From: Hormoscilla sp.
GTDB taxonomy: Bacteria > Cyanobacteriota > Cyanobacteriia > Cyanobacteriales > Desertifilaceae
NCBI GenBank assembly: GCA_051439505.1
Contig: JBFRWI010000148.1
Coordinates: forward strand, 1-64,000
DNA: 64,000 nt
Reading direction: 5' to 3'
A program made the translations under genes and the position numbers. Below the pieces are notes generated by a model. It made no database searches and had not been told where the DNA came from. It saw nothing but the letters and a program-made list of their open reading frames with translations. Positions 38,099 to 48,082 of this stretch are shown piece after piece; positions within the stretch are counted from its first letter, which is position 1, and every line of letters starts with the position of its first letter.

Positions 38099-38198
38099 TC
38101 TTCGTCCCCTTGCTGACCAATCCCTCTTTTTTTCTCTTTGCTTTACTTTTACTTCAGCATTCAGCTGGCTGCTGAATGCTGAATGCTTACCTCACTTT

Positions 38199-38477
<279 letters not shown>

Positions 38478-38577
38478 CTATCGAAACTTTTGTGCTTACG
38501 ATTTTCCTACAGTCTCCACCCTTTTTCACCGGAGCGTCACCGCTTGTGGTGAGCGTAGTCGAACCGCATCCAAATCC

Positions 38578-39333
38578 TTAACCATGTTCTTCTTCGTGAT
38601 GGTCCTCAAGGGCTTCCCCGATATATGTCGCTGCCAAGGTGGCAAAAATCAGGGCTTGAATAGCGCTGAGGAACACGCCTAGTCCCATCACTGGTAGGGG
38701 CACAAACAGAGGTACTAACAGCACCAGCACTCCCACCACTAATTCATCTGCCAGAATATTACCAAATAAACGGAAACTCAGGGAGAGGGGTTTGGTAAAA
38801 TCTTCTATCACTTTGAATGGCAGCATAAACGGCACTGGCTCTAAGTAATTAGCGAAGTACCTTAACCCCTTCTTTTTTAAACCCGCGTAGAAGTACGCCA
38901 ATGAAGTCAGCAATGCTAGTGCTACCGTCGTGTTGATATCGCTAGTGGGAGCCGCTAGCTCTCCTTCTGGCAGGTGAATTATTTTCCACGGTACCAGTGC
39001 TCCTGACCAATTTGATACGAAGATGAACAAAAATAATGTACCAATAAATGGTACCCAGGGGCGATATTCTTTTTCCCCTATGCCAGTTTTGGCTATATCT
39101 CGTATGAACTCCAGAGCGTATTCCATGAAATTTTGCATTCCCGTGGGCACTCTCTGGACGTTTCTCGTTGCTAGCAGTGATGCGATCGCTAAAAGGGCGA
39201 TCGCGAACCATGAGGTCAGTAACACCTGCCCGTGGATTTTGAGATTTCCAATTTCCCAGTATAGATGCTTACCTATTTCAATTTCGGCAAGCCAAAGCCA
39301 ATTCGATGCGAAAACCATAGCTTTAGTTTCCAT
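38578..39333 (-). CDS. atpB: ATP synthase subunit a (cyanobacterial atpI)
   Basis: [25 protein letters not shown] at 39333 follows AGGAAG. Confidence 0.96.
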   Translation of the reverse strand: METKAMVFASNWLWLAEIEIGKHLYWEIGNLKIHGQVLLTSWFAIALLAIASLLATRNVQRVPTGMQNFMEYALEFIRDIAKTGIGEKEYRPWVPFIGTLFLFIFVSNWSGALVPWKIIHLPEGELAAPTSDINTTVALALLTSLAYFYAGLKKKGLRYFANYLEPVPFMLPFKVIEDFTKPLSLSFRLFGNILADELVVGVLVLLVPLFVPLPVMGLGVFLSAIQALIFATLAATYIGEALEDHHEEEHG

Positions 39334-39373
39334 TCTTCCTCGGGCTACAACAGGCAAGCTTTTTACACCCACC

Positions 39374-39814
39374 TTAACTACCATGCTCCTCGGGGAGCAA
39401 GGATGTGCGCAGCATGTAGACGATCACGGCGGCTTTATAGGTCAGAAATCCCAACAAGATCGGGAGCAACTTCAGCTGGTCCCATTGGGTTGCCACTATA
39501 ATCAGCATCCCCACCACCGCGAGGCGCGTATAGCCCAGACTTTTTTTTCCGCGTCCGATGCCCTCTACGCTTTTCGCCAACATTTTTAAGTAAACCACAC
39601 CCGTGCATGCCCCGAGCAAATAATTCAGAGCGATGTTGAGGGAGTAGAAAATCCAGACCGTGATAAATATCACCCCTGTCATCATCAGAGTCACCGTCAA
39701 CAACTCTTGTTGTAACCGGTAGTACTCTTCCATGGAGGGGTTGAGTTCACCTGGGAGGTGCTCCGGTTGCGGATGTGCTCCTGGTGTGGTTTCTTGGTGG
39801 TCTGCTTTCACCAT
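39374..39814 (-). CDS. atp1: ATP synthase protein I (Atp1)
   Basis: SMEEYYRLQ...[13 protein letters not shown]...GFLTYKAA. Confidence 0.92.
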   Translation of the reverse strand: MVKADHQETTPGAHPQPEHLPGELNPSMEEYYRLQQELLTVTLMMTGVIFITVWIFYSLNIALNYLLGACTGVVYLKMLAKSVEGIGRGKKSLGYTRLAVVGMLIIVATQWDQLKLLPILLGFLTYKAAVIVYMLRTSLLPEEHGS

Positions 39815-39915
39815 ATTGGTCTACTGTATATGCTTAACCTATCTCATACCAGACCATTGGGAATCATATCACGTATCGGGAGCGCATCTAAAGAAAAAAT
39901 TATTTTTTTTTGCGC

Positions 39916-41097
39916 TCAACCAGCTGTTAGCAGTAGTAGCTGTTGGCTGTGGAGTTGGCGTACTGCCGGTAGCCCTAACTCCACTTCTGTCAAGACTTCT
40001 CTTACTGTCCGGGTGCTGTCACATGCTTGCAGAAAGGCGAACTCCTCGTCTGCTAGCGTCACCGGCTGGTAGTCATGATTCAGGAAAGACTGACTCGGCC
40101 ATCCATGCATGCAAGGGTTTACAAGTCCATGGGCCCCTAATAGCTGTTCGTCGGAAGACCAGTCGGCTTTGACTAGGGGGGGACGGCCTAGGAAGAACTC
40201 GTAATGGGTGATTTCTGGATCTAGTAGTTCTATTAACCGGTATCTGGCCCGATCGCCCAACTGTGATGCCCGGGCCATTAGTTCTGGGGACTGGCCCACC
40301 AGTCGTTCGATATTCCAGTATGGGGGGTTGGAGAAACCGATGAACTCTAGACCGGAGGCGTCGATCAGTTCAAACAGGCTATTGATGTTATAGTCGATTT
40401 CCTGGGGATGGACGTACATGTCGGCGAAGCATTCATCCTGATGGTTTTCCATGGACCAGCGCTGTTTGTCTTGCGTGACAATTCTGTTGTTTTCTGGTAA
40501 TGCGGCAAACAGTTGCCGACCGACCCGGACGCCGTCCCGGTAGTCTCCCTGGCGATCGCCTTGCAGGAGGGAGATGGCCTGCTGCATGAGGCTAATTTCC
40601 CAGCGTCCCAGTTCGGCATAGACGAATATATGCAGGATACCACCGGTGGCTAACTTAGGGGCCAGAGATTGGATGCCTCGGATGGGGTCCGGTAGGTGAT
40701 GCAGGACGCCGACACAGTTAATCAGATCGAATTTACCAGGGAGTTGGTCGAGATCGTAGAGGCTGAGATGATGAAATTCCGCCCGGTCGGCACCGGACCG
40801 CTGACAGCGTTCCTTGGCTTTGGCCAAAGCTTGTCCGCTGAGATCGATGCCAATAATGGATGCTTGGGGGTTGAGGTGGACGAGATATTCCGTGCTCACG
40901 CCGGTGCCGCAACCGGCATCGAGGATGCGGATATCTTGTTTTTGGGGTATTTGACCGGTGCAAAAGTGATGGGCTGTTAACCAGTTCCAGCGCCAGTTGT
41001 ACCCTGGAGGCGGTTCGTCTAGCAGGGGGTCCGGCGGAAAAGGATAGGTGTCGTAGAGTTTCGCCACGGAGTCGGCGATCGCCTGGTTGTCTGACAT
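39916..41097 (-). CDS. Class I SAM-dependent methyltransferase upstream of the atp operon
   Basis: ILDAGCGTG, GVLHHLPDP, FADMYVHPQE. Confidence 0.9.
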   Translation of the reverse strand: MSDNQAIADSVAKLYDTYPFPPDPLLDEPPPGYNWRWNWLTAHHFCTGQIPQKQDIRILDAGCGTGVSTEYLVHLNPQASIIGIDLSGQALAKAKERCQRSGADRAEFHHLSLYDLDQLPGKFDLINCVGVLHHLPDPIRGIQSLAPKLATGGILHIFVYAELGRWEISLMQQAISLLQGDRQGDYRDGVRVGRQLFAALPENNRIVTQDKQRWSMENHQDECFADMYVHPQEIDYNINSLFELIDASGLEFIGFSNPPYWNIERLVGQSPELMARASQLGDRARYRLIELLDPEITHYEFFLGRPPLVKADWSSDEQLLGAHGLVNPCMHGWPSQSFLNHDYQPVTLADEEFAFLQACDSTRTVREVLTEVELGLPAVRQLHSQQLLLLTAG

Positions 41098-41353
41098 GGA
41101 CTGTATGGTTTGCCTACTGGGAATCTAAGTTGGTCGGGTGGATGCTGTCCACCAGGGTTTATTGTACTGCGCTAGGTGCTCGCAACTGCGCAACGCTGGA
41201 GAAAACATCGAGGTAAATTTGAACGCAAGCATTATCAATACCTCTGTACCTGCTTGGGGGGCGATCGCCTGCTGGAGGATTTCTCTTTAAGACAGGCGGG
41301 ATGGAGTCGGACGGGTTATATTGAATCTAGATAAGTTGAGGTCAGGTAAATTT

Positions 41354-41584
41354 ATGTTCGATCGCATTACCTTCGATCCGCAAATTATGGGAGGCCGTGC
41401 TTGCATTCGCGGGATGCGGATTACCGCGTCCCTAGTAGTGAGTCTGGTAGCTAATGGGATGAGTGTGGAAGAAATTATCTGGGAATATCCAGACTTAGAA
41501 CCAGAGGATATTCGCCAAGCTCTCCAATATGCGGCATTTTTGACTAATGAGGAAGTTGGTTTTTTCGTAGGGAGCAAAGCGTGA
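41354..41584 (+). CDS. DUF433-family antitoxin
   Basis: RITFDPQIMGGRACIRGMRI...EYPDLEPEDI. Confidence 0.9.
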   Translation: MFDRITFDPQIMGGRACIRGMRITASLVVSLVANGMSVEEIIWEYPDLEPEDIRQALQYAAFLTNEEVGFFVGSKA

Positions 41585-41958
41585 AATTTATAGCTGATAT
41601 GGGCGTTTCTAGGACTGTCGTCCAACTCCTCCGCGCATCTGGATATAATGCAGTTCATTTGCGCGAGCAGGGGTTACAACGTTTGCCCGATCCTGATATT
41701 CTGCAAAAGGCAAGGCGGGAAGAAAGCATTATATTGACGTTTGACCTCGACTTTGGCGATCTTTTAGCCAGTAGTGGGGATGATCTGCCAAGCGTAGTTA
41801 TTTTTAGATTGCGAAATACTACCCCAGCATTTGTGGGGGCTCGATTGCAGGAAATTCTGGCAGAGCGTGCGGAGGATCTGACAACAGGGGCGATCGCAAT
41901 TGTGGAAGATACTCGCTACCGACTGCGCCGCCTGCCAATTGGATCTACTGACTCTTGA
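41581..41958 (+). CDS. DUF5615 PIN-like toxin
   Basis: KFIADMGVS, LPD, LTFDLDFGDL; 4-bp overlap with the antitoxin. Confidence 0.9.
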   Translation: MKFIADMGVSRTVVQLLRASGYNAVHLREQGLQRLPDPDILQKARREESIILTFDLDFGDLLASSGDDLPSVVIFRLRNTTPAFVGARLQEILAERAEDLTTGAIAIVEDTRYRLRRLPIGSTDS

Positions 41959-41974
41959 TGAAAAGAAAGCCACA

Positions 41975-42261
41975 ATGAGCAAATTCCAGCTATTCGATGC
42001 TGTAAATTTAACCTCCGAAATTGCCCTGACAGAAGGAGGGGTCGCACCCGCCGGAACCGCAGCAGCAATTGTTGAGATATTTAATGATGGTGAAGCTTAT
42101 ATGGTTGAGTTATTTGGTGGGTGAAGGCAGAAGTGGGAAGTGATTTCGTTCCTGCTGCCGAGAACGAACCCGGTGTCTTTATGGAAACTATTGGCGTGGA
42201 AACTGTTTATCCCCACCAGTTAAAATTAGCGAAAACTAATGCGTTATGCGCAAGTCATTAA
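41975..42261 (+). pseudogene. DUF4926-like gene, frameshifted
   Basis: MSKFQLFDAV...GEAYMVELFG stops at 42124 but continues in another frame (VKAEVG...FMETIGVETVYPHQL). Confidence 0.65.
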
Positions 42262-42415
42262 AAAAGCAGCAGGTAACTATTCTGCTTGCGTTCCCGATTT
42301 GCCTGGATGCGTAGCCACAGGCTCAACTATCAAGGAGACAGAACAGCAGATCTCTGAAGCGATCGCTTTTCACTGGGACTGATTAAAAGAAGAGAGTTTT
42401 CTCATTTCCGAGCTG
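42239..42415 (+). pseudogene. HicB-like antitoxin with premature stop
   Basis: MRYAQVIKKAAGNYSACVPDLPGCVATGST...EAIAFHWD then TGA at 42380-42382, followed by LKEE. Confidence 0.75.
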
Positions 42416-42416
42416 A

Positions 42417-42449
42417 AGCGCCGGGATGCAAGGGTAGCATCCCGGCGCT
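42417..42449. terminator. Stem-loop downstream of the PEP-CTERM gene
   Basis: AGCGCCGGGATGC / GCATCCCGGCGCT 13-bp stem. Confidence 0.6.
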
Positions 42450-42519
42450 AGTTGTCAGGCAATTTCAAAAGGTGCAACAAAACCTACTGGTGCTATTGGT
42501 TGGATCTGGGGCCCCAATG

Positions 42520-44160
42520 CTAACGACGCTTACGCAATTGGCTGCCAACTAAGCCCAAGCCCAGAACCACCAAACCCACAGTGCTAGAAGATTCAGGCAC
42601 AGATACCATAGGAGTCGTCCCCTCGGGGAGCGTGGGTATTCCTCCAGAATCTGCTGATGTACGAGGTCCGCCACGTTCGGTTTCTAACTGTTGTTCTATC
42701 TCCTCGGCAGCAGCCACTACTTCTTCCACCTGCTCCTTGCGGGCTGCTAAGAGGATTTCGGAAATCTCATTTTCCAGATCCTCCTTCTCCTGTTTATTTT
42801 CTTTCAGAAGCTTTGACACAGCATTGCTATCGTCAAGTGCATCTTTGTAGTCGGGATAGTTTTTCTTTGCCTCTTTATTCTTCGTCTTGAAATCAGCAGC
42901 ACCATTGTCTAGTTCCTCTTCAGTATATGTCGCCAAAATACTAGCGTTTTCATCTTCGTACTGCTGGGTTTTCCTCGTTTGGAAACTCAAGTCTTTTTCA
43001 TCTTTGCGGGTCCACTCGTCTTCTGAAGCAGCATTCGCCTGCTGGGCTGGAGACATGGCATCCCACTTCTCCTTCTTGTCTTGCAGATAGGCTAGAACCG
43101 GTTTGGCTGCGCTCAGTTTCTCCTTATTCCTTTTCAGAGTACTGTTAGCATCTTTGCGTTCCCATGCTTCTTGTAAATAGCCAATCTTCTCGCGCTCTGC
43201 CGCTACCGTAGCGTTCTTTTCCTTTTTCAACTCTCTCAAGTGCGTCTTCTCTGCATCAATAGTTGCAAATTCCTCGTCCCATTCCGGTTTCCATGGAACG
43301 CCAAGATCGGCTGCTTGTTCCTGCAATGTAGGTTGATATGCGAGGGCTTCCTTGTTGAATTTGAAGGCAATCAGTTCCGTGCCAATGTTATCGAATTCAT
43401 CCTTATCGAAGCCCGCCAATAGAAGATTATCCATGTCGAGCAACTCAAAGCCATCATCCTTGACCTTGTTCCCCTGAGCAATCACGTTGTAGCCAGGTCC
43501 GGTAACGTTTAAGTAAGGATCGGGATTGTCAAGGTCGCCCCAGAAATTGTCAAGCGTATCATCCACCAAATCCATGTAGTTCTGGTAATTCTTGTGACCG
43601 AAGTTATTCACTCCCACACCCTTAGCAATTACCTGAGAATAGACCCCGGCATCGTCAACTTTGGCTTCATTATTTTCCGCGAAGTGAATCCCAAACAGCT
43701 TGCCAGATTCCATGGCTTCGGTAAAGCTCTGACCGGCATCCCCGCTAGAGAAGAACAGGTCGCCGAACATAACTGGGTTCGTCTGCTTATCGAAACCCGT
43801 TCCTTCTAAGGGCACATTGCTGTTGAGCACCACCACCACATCCCCTGTCTTGGTTTCCTTGGTGGCCATGCCCAAGATATCGTATAGGAAACCATCAGTG
43901 TTGTCGCCTTTGGCATCGTCGGTGTAGTGCCAGCCGCTAGCAGCGCTGCTATTCGGATCGAATGTCTGTATGATGATATCGTTGTTGCATTCCAGAAACA
44001 AGCTGAAGTTGCCCGATATCATAGAGCTGGCTTCGGCTGGGGAACCGGCGATCGCCAGTAACCCTAGTGCGGCGACTGTCCCTTGGGACAATAAGGTATA
44101 GAACCGGCGGTTTGATTTTTGTTGTAGCTTGTTCATAGTCTTATCTGTTGTGTGAAACAT
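42520..44160 (-). CDS. PEP-CTERM surface protein (XDD3-like N-domain plus long coiled coil)
   Basis: Signal peptide (SPAEA), GWHY..D...GDLFF domain, K/E-rich helical region, VPESSS-TM-RKRR tail. Confidence 0.85.
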   Translation of the reverse strand: MFHTTDKTMNKLQQKSNRRFYTLLSQGTVAALGLLAIAGSPAEASSMISGNFSLFLECNNDIIIQTFDPNSSAASGWHYTDDAKGDNTDGFLYDILGMATKETKTGDVVVVLNSNVPLEGTGFDKQTNPVMFGDLFFSSGDAGQSFTEAMESGKLFGIHFAENNEAKVDDAGVYSQVIAKGVGVNNFGHKNYQNYMDLVDDTLDNFWGDLDNPDPYLNVTGPGYNVIAQGNKVKDDGFELLDMDNLLLAGFDKDEFDNIGTELIAFKFNKEALAYQPTLQEQAADLGVPWKPEWDEEFATIDAEKTHLRELKKEKNATVAAEREKIGYLQEAWERKDANSTLKRNKEKLSAAKPVLAYLQDKKEKWDAMSPAQQANAASEDEWTRKDEKDLSFQTRKTQQYEDENASILATYTEEELDNGAADFKTKNKEAKKNYPDYKDALDDSNAVSKLLKENKQEKEDLENEISEILLAARKEQVEEVVAAAEEIEQQLETERGGPRTSADSGGIPTLPEGTTPMVSVPESSSTVGLVVLGLGLVGSQLRKRR

Positions 44161-44563
44161 AGCGTTTCTCAGCTCAATAAGATGCACCATTAAACTTAAA
44201 TATCTTTGCCCTGCGTATATTCCGCAGGACTCCATCTATTTGAGAACCGCTATTTAATCTGCTATATATCTAATTTAACTTCAGATGAAATCGGCGGCAA
44301 CCCATTCGGGTTTACTTTACAGAATCTTTACAAAAATTGGGCTGCATTGCCAGTCAGCTTTACATTAACTTTAAATTCCCGTCACAAAATATTGTCGCTA
44401 CTTTCTGGTATCTGTAAATTTACATAAATAATTTGAGTTCTGAATTTAGTTCTGAATTTATTGGTCGGAATCAATAGTAAATTTTCTGAGACGAGAGCAA
44501 TATAAATATAATTACGTAGGTCGTATTAGACTATAGCAGGGAATGCTTGACTACAGGCACGAC

Positions 44564-44836
44564 CTAAGCAATTCAAAATTATAAATTACAAATTACAAAT
44601 TACAAATTAACGAACCGATTGCTCGCAAGTATTTCAGTGTTTCAGTCTATGCAATTTAAATGCGCGACGGGTGTGGTCAAAACCCGTTGATCTTTTATGG
44701 GCCAGACCAGTCGCCGGATCCCCCCAAACCCCCCTTAAAAAGGGGGGCTTCCGGAAAGCCCCCCTTTGGAAGGGGGGGTTTGGGGGGGATCCTTTACAAC
44801 AAATGCATGACCACACCCATGCGCGACAGCTTAGAG
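44564..44836. repeat. Family B repeat interrupted by a MITE
   Basis: CTAAGCAATTCAAAATT...ATTTAAATGCGCGAC[MITE]ATGCGCGACAGCTTAG. Confidence 0.8.
44669..44818. mobile_element. 150-bp MITE with GGGTGTGGTCA TIRs and 9-bp target-site duplication
   Basis: ATGCGCGAC at 44660-44668 and 44819-44827. Confidence 0.9.
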
Positions 44837-45489
44837 CATCGAATAGAAGCTGGAAACCGGGTTAGAGGTTAGAAGGTGATATTCTCAAAGGGATCGACTT
44901 GCCAAAGAAGGCATTGAAGTGCCCGGGGCCCCGATTTCTGGAGAAGAATCGGGTCAGAGGATTACCGGCGATCGCCCAGTGGGAGGTGGATAAACTTCAA
45001 GATAGTTGGGGTGGGGAGATGTGCTGACCGCAGATGAGATGCTGCCCAGGTGCCGGCTCCAGAGAGCACCTCTGTACCTCGTTCTCCGGCGATCGAGAGC
45101 TGCTACCTACAACACTAACAATACTTTGGGTCTGTACCAATACCGGTGCGATGCTAACCGCCTGTAGGTGGAGACTGTTTTCTGGATGGGACCGGTGCTT
45201 AAATAAGGCTTTCCCGGTTATTTCCGTATAGGCATGTGATTAAAGTCATTGGTGAAAAAATGGGGCTTTTGACCCCTTTTAGTGGCTCATGGGTGGCTCA
45301 TGGGTGGCTCGTGGTTGGCTTTAGAGGGATGCTGGGGAGCGGGAAGTTTATGCAGTATGGGGATTTTTTTTGGTCGATCGCTTCTAGTACAGCCGGTGAT
45401 TTATGAGGCTTTGGTTCGGTGCCGGTCTGTTCTGAGAATCCGATTTGTTTATGACCGGCGATTGGCATTAAGTACACAGCCCGAACCCT

Positions 45490-45568
45490 AAGAAATTATC
45501 TGGGAATATCCCGATTTAGAACCAGAGGATATTCGTCAAGCCCTCCAGTATGCGGCATTCTTGACTAA
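45490..45568 (+). pseudogene. Fragment of a second DUF433 allele
   Basis: Matches 41469-41547; encodes EIIWEYPDLEPEDIRQALQYAAFLT. Confidence 0.8.
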
Positions 45569-45632
45569 CTAGAACGTTACCGATATAAGGTGGAAACTGT
45601 TTATCCCCACCAGTTGAAATTGGCGAAAACTA

Positions 45633-45840
45633 ATGCGTTATGCAGTTGTGATTGAAAAAGCAGCAGGTAACTATTCGGCTTACGTTCCTGACTTGCCCGG
45701 ATGCGTGGCCACGGGCTCAACTATAAAGGAGACACAACAGCATATTCAAGAGGCGATCGCTTTTCATTTGGACGGTTTAAAAGAAGAGGGTTTTCCCATT
45801 CGGTGAACCGACAGCTATCTGCGAGTATTTGGAAGCCTAA
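45633..45840 (+). pseudogene. HicB-like antitoxin, frameshifted near the C-terminus
   Basis: MRYAVVIEKAAGNYSAYVPDLPGCVATG...GFPIR stop at 45806; EPTAICEYLEA continues in the +1 frame. Confidence 0.75.
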
Positions 45841-46066
45841 GTAAATCTGCCTTTAACCCCTAAACCCCTAACCGAGAGGTATTGGCTCGGGTATGGCTCG
45901 GGTGTGGCTCGGGTGCGGCTCGGGCGAAGCATTTGGGTAGTAAATTTGTCTACCTATGACTTATATTGTCGCCCAAATGCTAGCTGCTGCGCAGCCGCTG
46001 CGCTAACGCCCCTACAGATATATTCGCTTGCGGTCCAGATGCACCCGGCTGTTGGTTGGCGATCGC

Positions 46067-46291
46067 CTAAGATCTGGGATGGCTGCGAACGTGGTATTCT
46101 TCTCCCATAACTTCGAGAATGTCACCGGGATGAAGTAAAGGACTGATGCTGTGTCGCTTTTCCCACACGCCTCTGGCTGTGCCTGGATCGGGACAGGTGA
46201 TGCGGTAAGTAGCAGATGGCACTCGCTCTACTTGGCAATTCGGTGGTATAATTAGGGAAATGATCGTGCTGGTGGTATCGCTGTCGGTCAT
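46067..46291 (-). CDS. Small hypothetical protein
   Basis: 74-aa ORF (YRITCPD...VWEKR...LHPGDILEV) with a TATAAT box upstream. Confidence 0.5.
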   Translation of the reverse strand: MTDSDTTSTIISLIIPPNCQVERVPSATYRITCPDPGTARGVWEKRHSISPLLHPGDILEVMGEEYHVRSHPRS

Positions 46292-46641
46292 GATTGGATT
46301 CTGGTGTGACGGTATGGGACGATCGCAGTTTATCTGAGGATTATAAAGCAGTAGGGCACCATCCATTGCCAACCACCGGTAACTTCCTGTCGGACGTAAC
46401 TAATCAAGCCTGGTTGCCTCCAAGCTGTTTACGTTTCAACAGACAGGAGGTGACGCCGCAAGCACTCAAACCCTATATACTCAAGAGAGAGAGTCTGGTT
46501 CGGGAACCGAGGTCATTTCCTCTTGCGAGCCAGACTGCGTGAAATTATTGAATGCTTGGCGCTCGACCTAACTGCCTATCGTGGTTATAATGGCAGTAAT
46601 ATGATTTTAGAGACTTGAAAATCGCCTTTGCCTGAATTAAA

Positions 46642-48069
46642 ATGGAAATTTACTGTACTCGTCCGGGATGCCCAGACCCGATTAACTCTGTTCCAAGTCT
46701 CGATGAGAACACCCTATCTAATTCTACGATACAGCAGAGGTATTGTAGCGCTTGTACAATGCCGCTGATCTTAAAGGGTCGCTACTTGCCGTTAAGAGAA
46801 CTGGGTGCTGGAGGATTTGGGGCGACATTTCTCGGACAGGATCTCGATACTCCAAGGAGGCGAAATTGTGTAATCAAACGATTGCAGCCTCAAGATAACC
46901 TTGACGACAATCTGCTGGAAAAAGTGAAAAGGTCATTTAGGCGCGAGGCAGAGGTTCTGGAGAATTTAGGCGAAGAAAACCGCCAGATTCCCAGATTGTA
47001 CGCCTACTTTAGTATGCAAGTTGCAGATCCAGGGTCTAATCATCAGCAAGAGTTTTTTTACTTAGTGCAGGAATATGTAGAAGGCAAAAATTTGGCTGAA
47101 GAGCTGGAGCAGAAAGGCAGGTTTTCAGAAGATGAGGTTTTAGAGGTTTTGCAACAAATGCTCCCGGTACTGAAATTTATCCATGAGAACGGTGCTATTC
47201 ATCGGGACATTAAGCCTGGTAATATCATGCGTTCTAACCAGGGTAGACTTTACCTAATAGATTTTGGCGCGGTTAAGCAGGTAACAACAGGAAAAGATAC
47301 CAAAGAGAGTTCAATTGTTTTCGGGACGCAGCTATTTGTGCCGCTAGAGCAGATAAATGGGGGGCAAGTTTACCCGTCCACAGATTTGTACTCCCTAGCA
47401 GTGACTTGCCTTTGCTTACTGACCAATATTGAGCTTCTGAGATCTATGCGCGATTCATTTACCAACCAATGGGACTGGAGACCTCACGCCAGAGTGAGCG
47501 ATCATCTCGCAGCTATTTTAAACCAAATGTTGTTACCCAAACCGCAGGAACGGTTTCAGTCAGCGGAGGAAGTCATAGCTGCACTCGCTTCCTCTCCAAA
47601 AGATATACTAAATAACAACCTACCTAAGACACAAACGAAACCTATAGCTGTTACAAGACCAATTGGAGCGCTCTCGACAGACAATCCACTAACTAATTCT
47701 TATAGACAAAAGTTTGATACCATAGAGTTGTTAATAAGGGGGGCATTTACAGGATTTGAGGGAAGCTTACTGGCGATCGGCTTAGCGAGTCTTCTAGGAA
47801 CAACTTTGATTAGCACCGGAATCTGGCTGTTAATTTTAGCTGGCTTGATATTTGCTCAAACCCGCCGCTTGATTAAAAGATCTGCGTTGCCGATTATTGC
47901 AGTCATCACCCTGATGTTTGTTATGTTCGTTCCAGCACTGCAAACTGTGATTGCTAGTGGCGCTCCTATCCTCATCATACTGTTGTTAGCTAGTTTAGCT
48001 GGGGTGCTAGGATTTGCTTTAATGGCTTTATCTCAGCTAATTTATAACTTTTTAAGTTCGCGCATTTAA
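46642..48069 (+). CDS. Ser/Thr protein kinase with N-terminal 4-Cys motif and C-terminal TM helices
   Basis: CTRPGC...CSAC, LGAGGFG, HRDIKPGN, IDFG, hydrophobic C-terminus. Confidence 0.92.
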   Translation: MEIYCTRPGCPDPINSVPSLDENTLSNSTIQQRYCSACTMPLILKGRYLPLRELGAGGFGATFLGQDLDTPRRRNCVIKRLQPQDNLDDNLLEKVKRSFRREAEVLENLGEENRQIPRLYAYFSMQVADPGSNHQQEFFYLVQEYVEGKNLAEELEQKGRFSEDEVLEVLQQMLPVLKFIHENGAIHRDIKPGNIMRSNQGRLYLIDFGAVKQVTTGKDTKESSIVFGTQLFVPLEQINGGQVYPSTDLYSLAVTCLCLLTNIELLRSMRDSFTNQWDWRPHARVSDHLAAILNQMLLPKPQERFQSAEEVIAALASSPKDILNNNLPKTQTKPIAVTRPIGALSTDNPLTNSYRQKFDTIELLIRGAFTGFEGSLLAIGLASLLGTTLISTGIWLLILAGLIFAQTRRLIKRSALPIIAVITLMFVMFVPALQTVIASGAPILIILLLASLAGVLGFALMALSQLIYNFLSSRI

Positions 48070-48082
48070 GAGGTCAATCAAA

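Noticed and set aside
44840..45480. Short ORFs 45034-45231 and 45282-45491
   Set aside because: No RBS or motif support; partly repeat-derived
46393..46542. Possible IS200/IS605 end or structured RNA (hairpin AGTCTGGTTCG...CGAGCCAGACT)
   Set aside because: No tnpA/tnpB/iscB remnant and no second copy; not supportable without a covariance-model search
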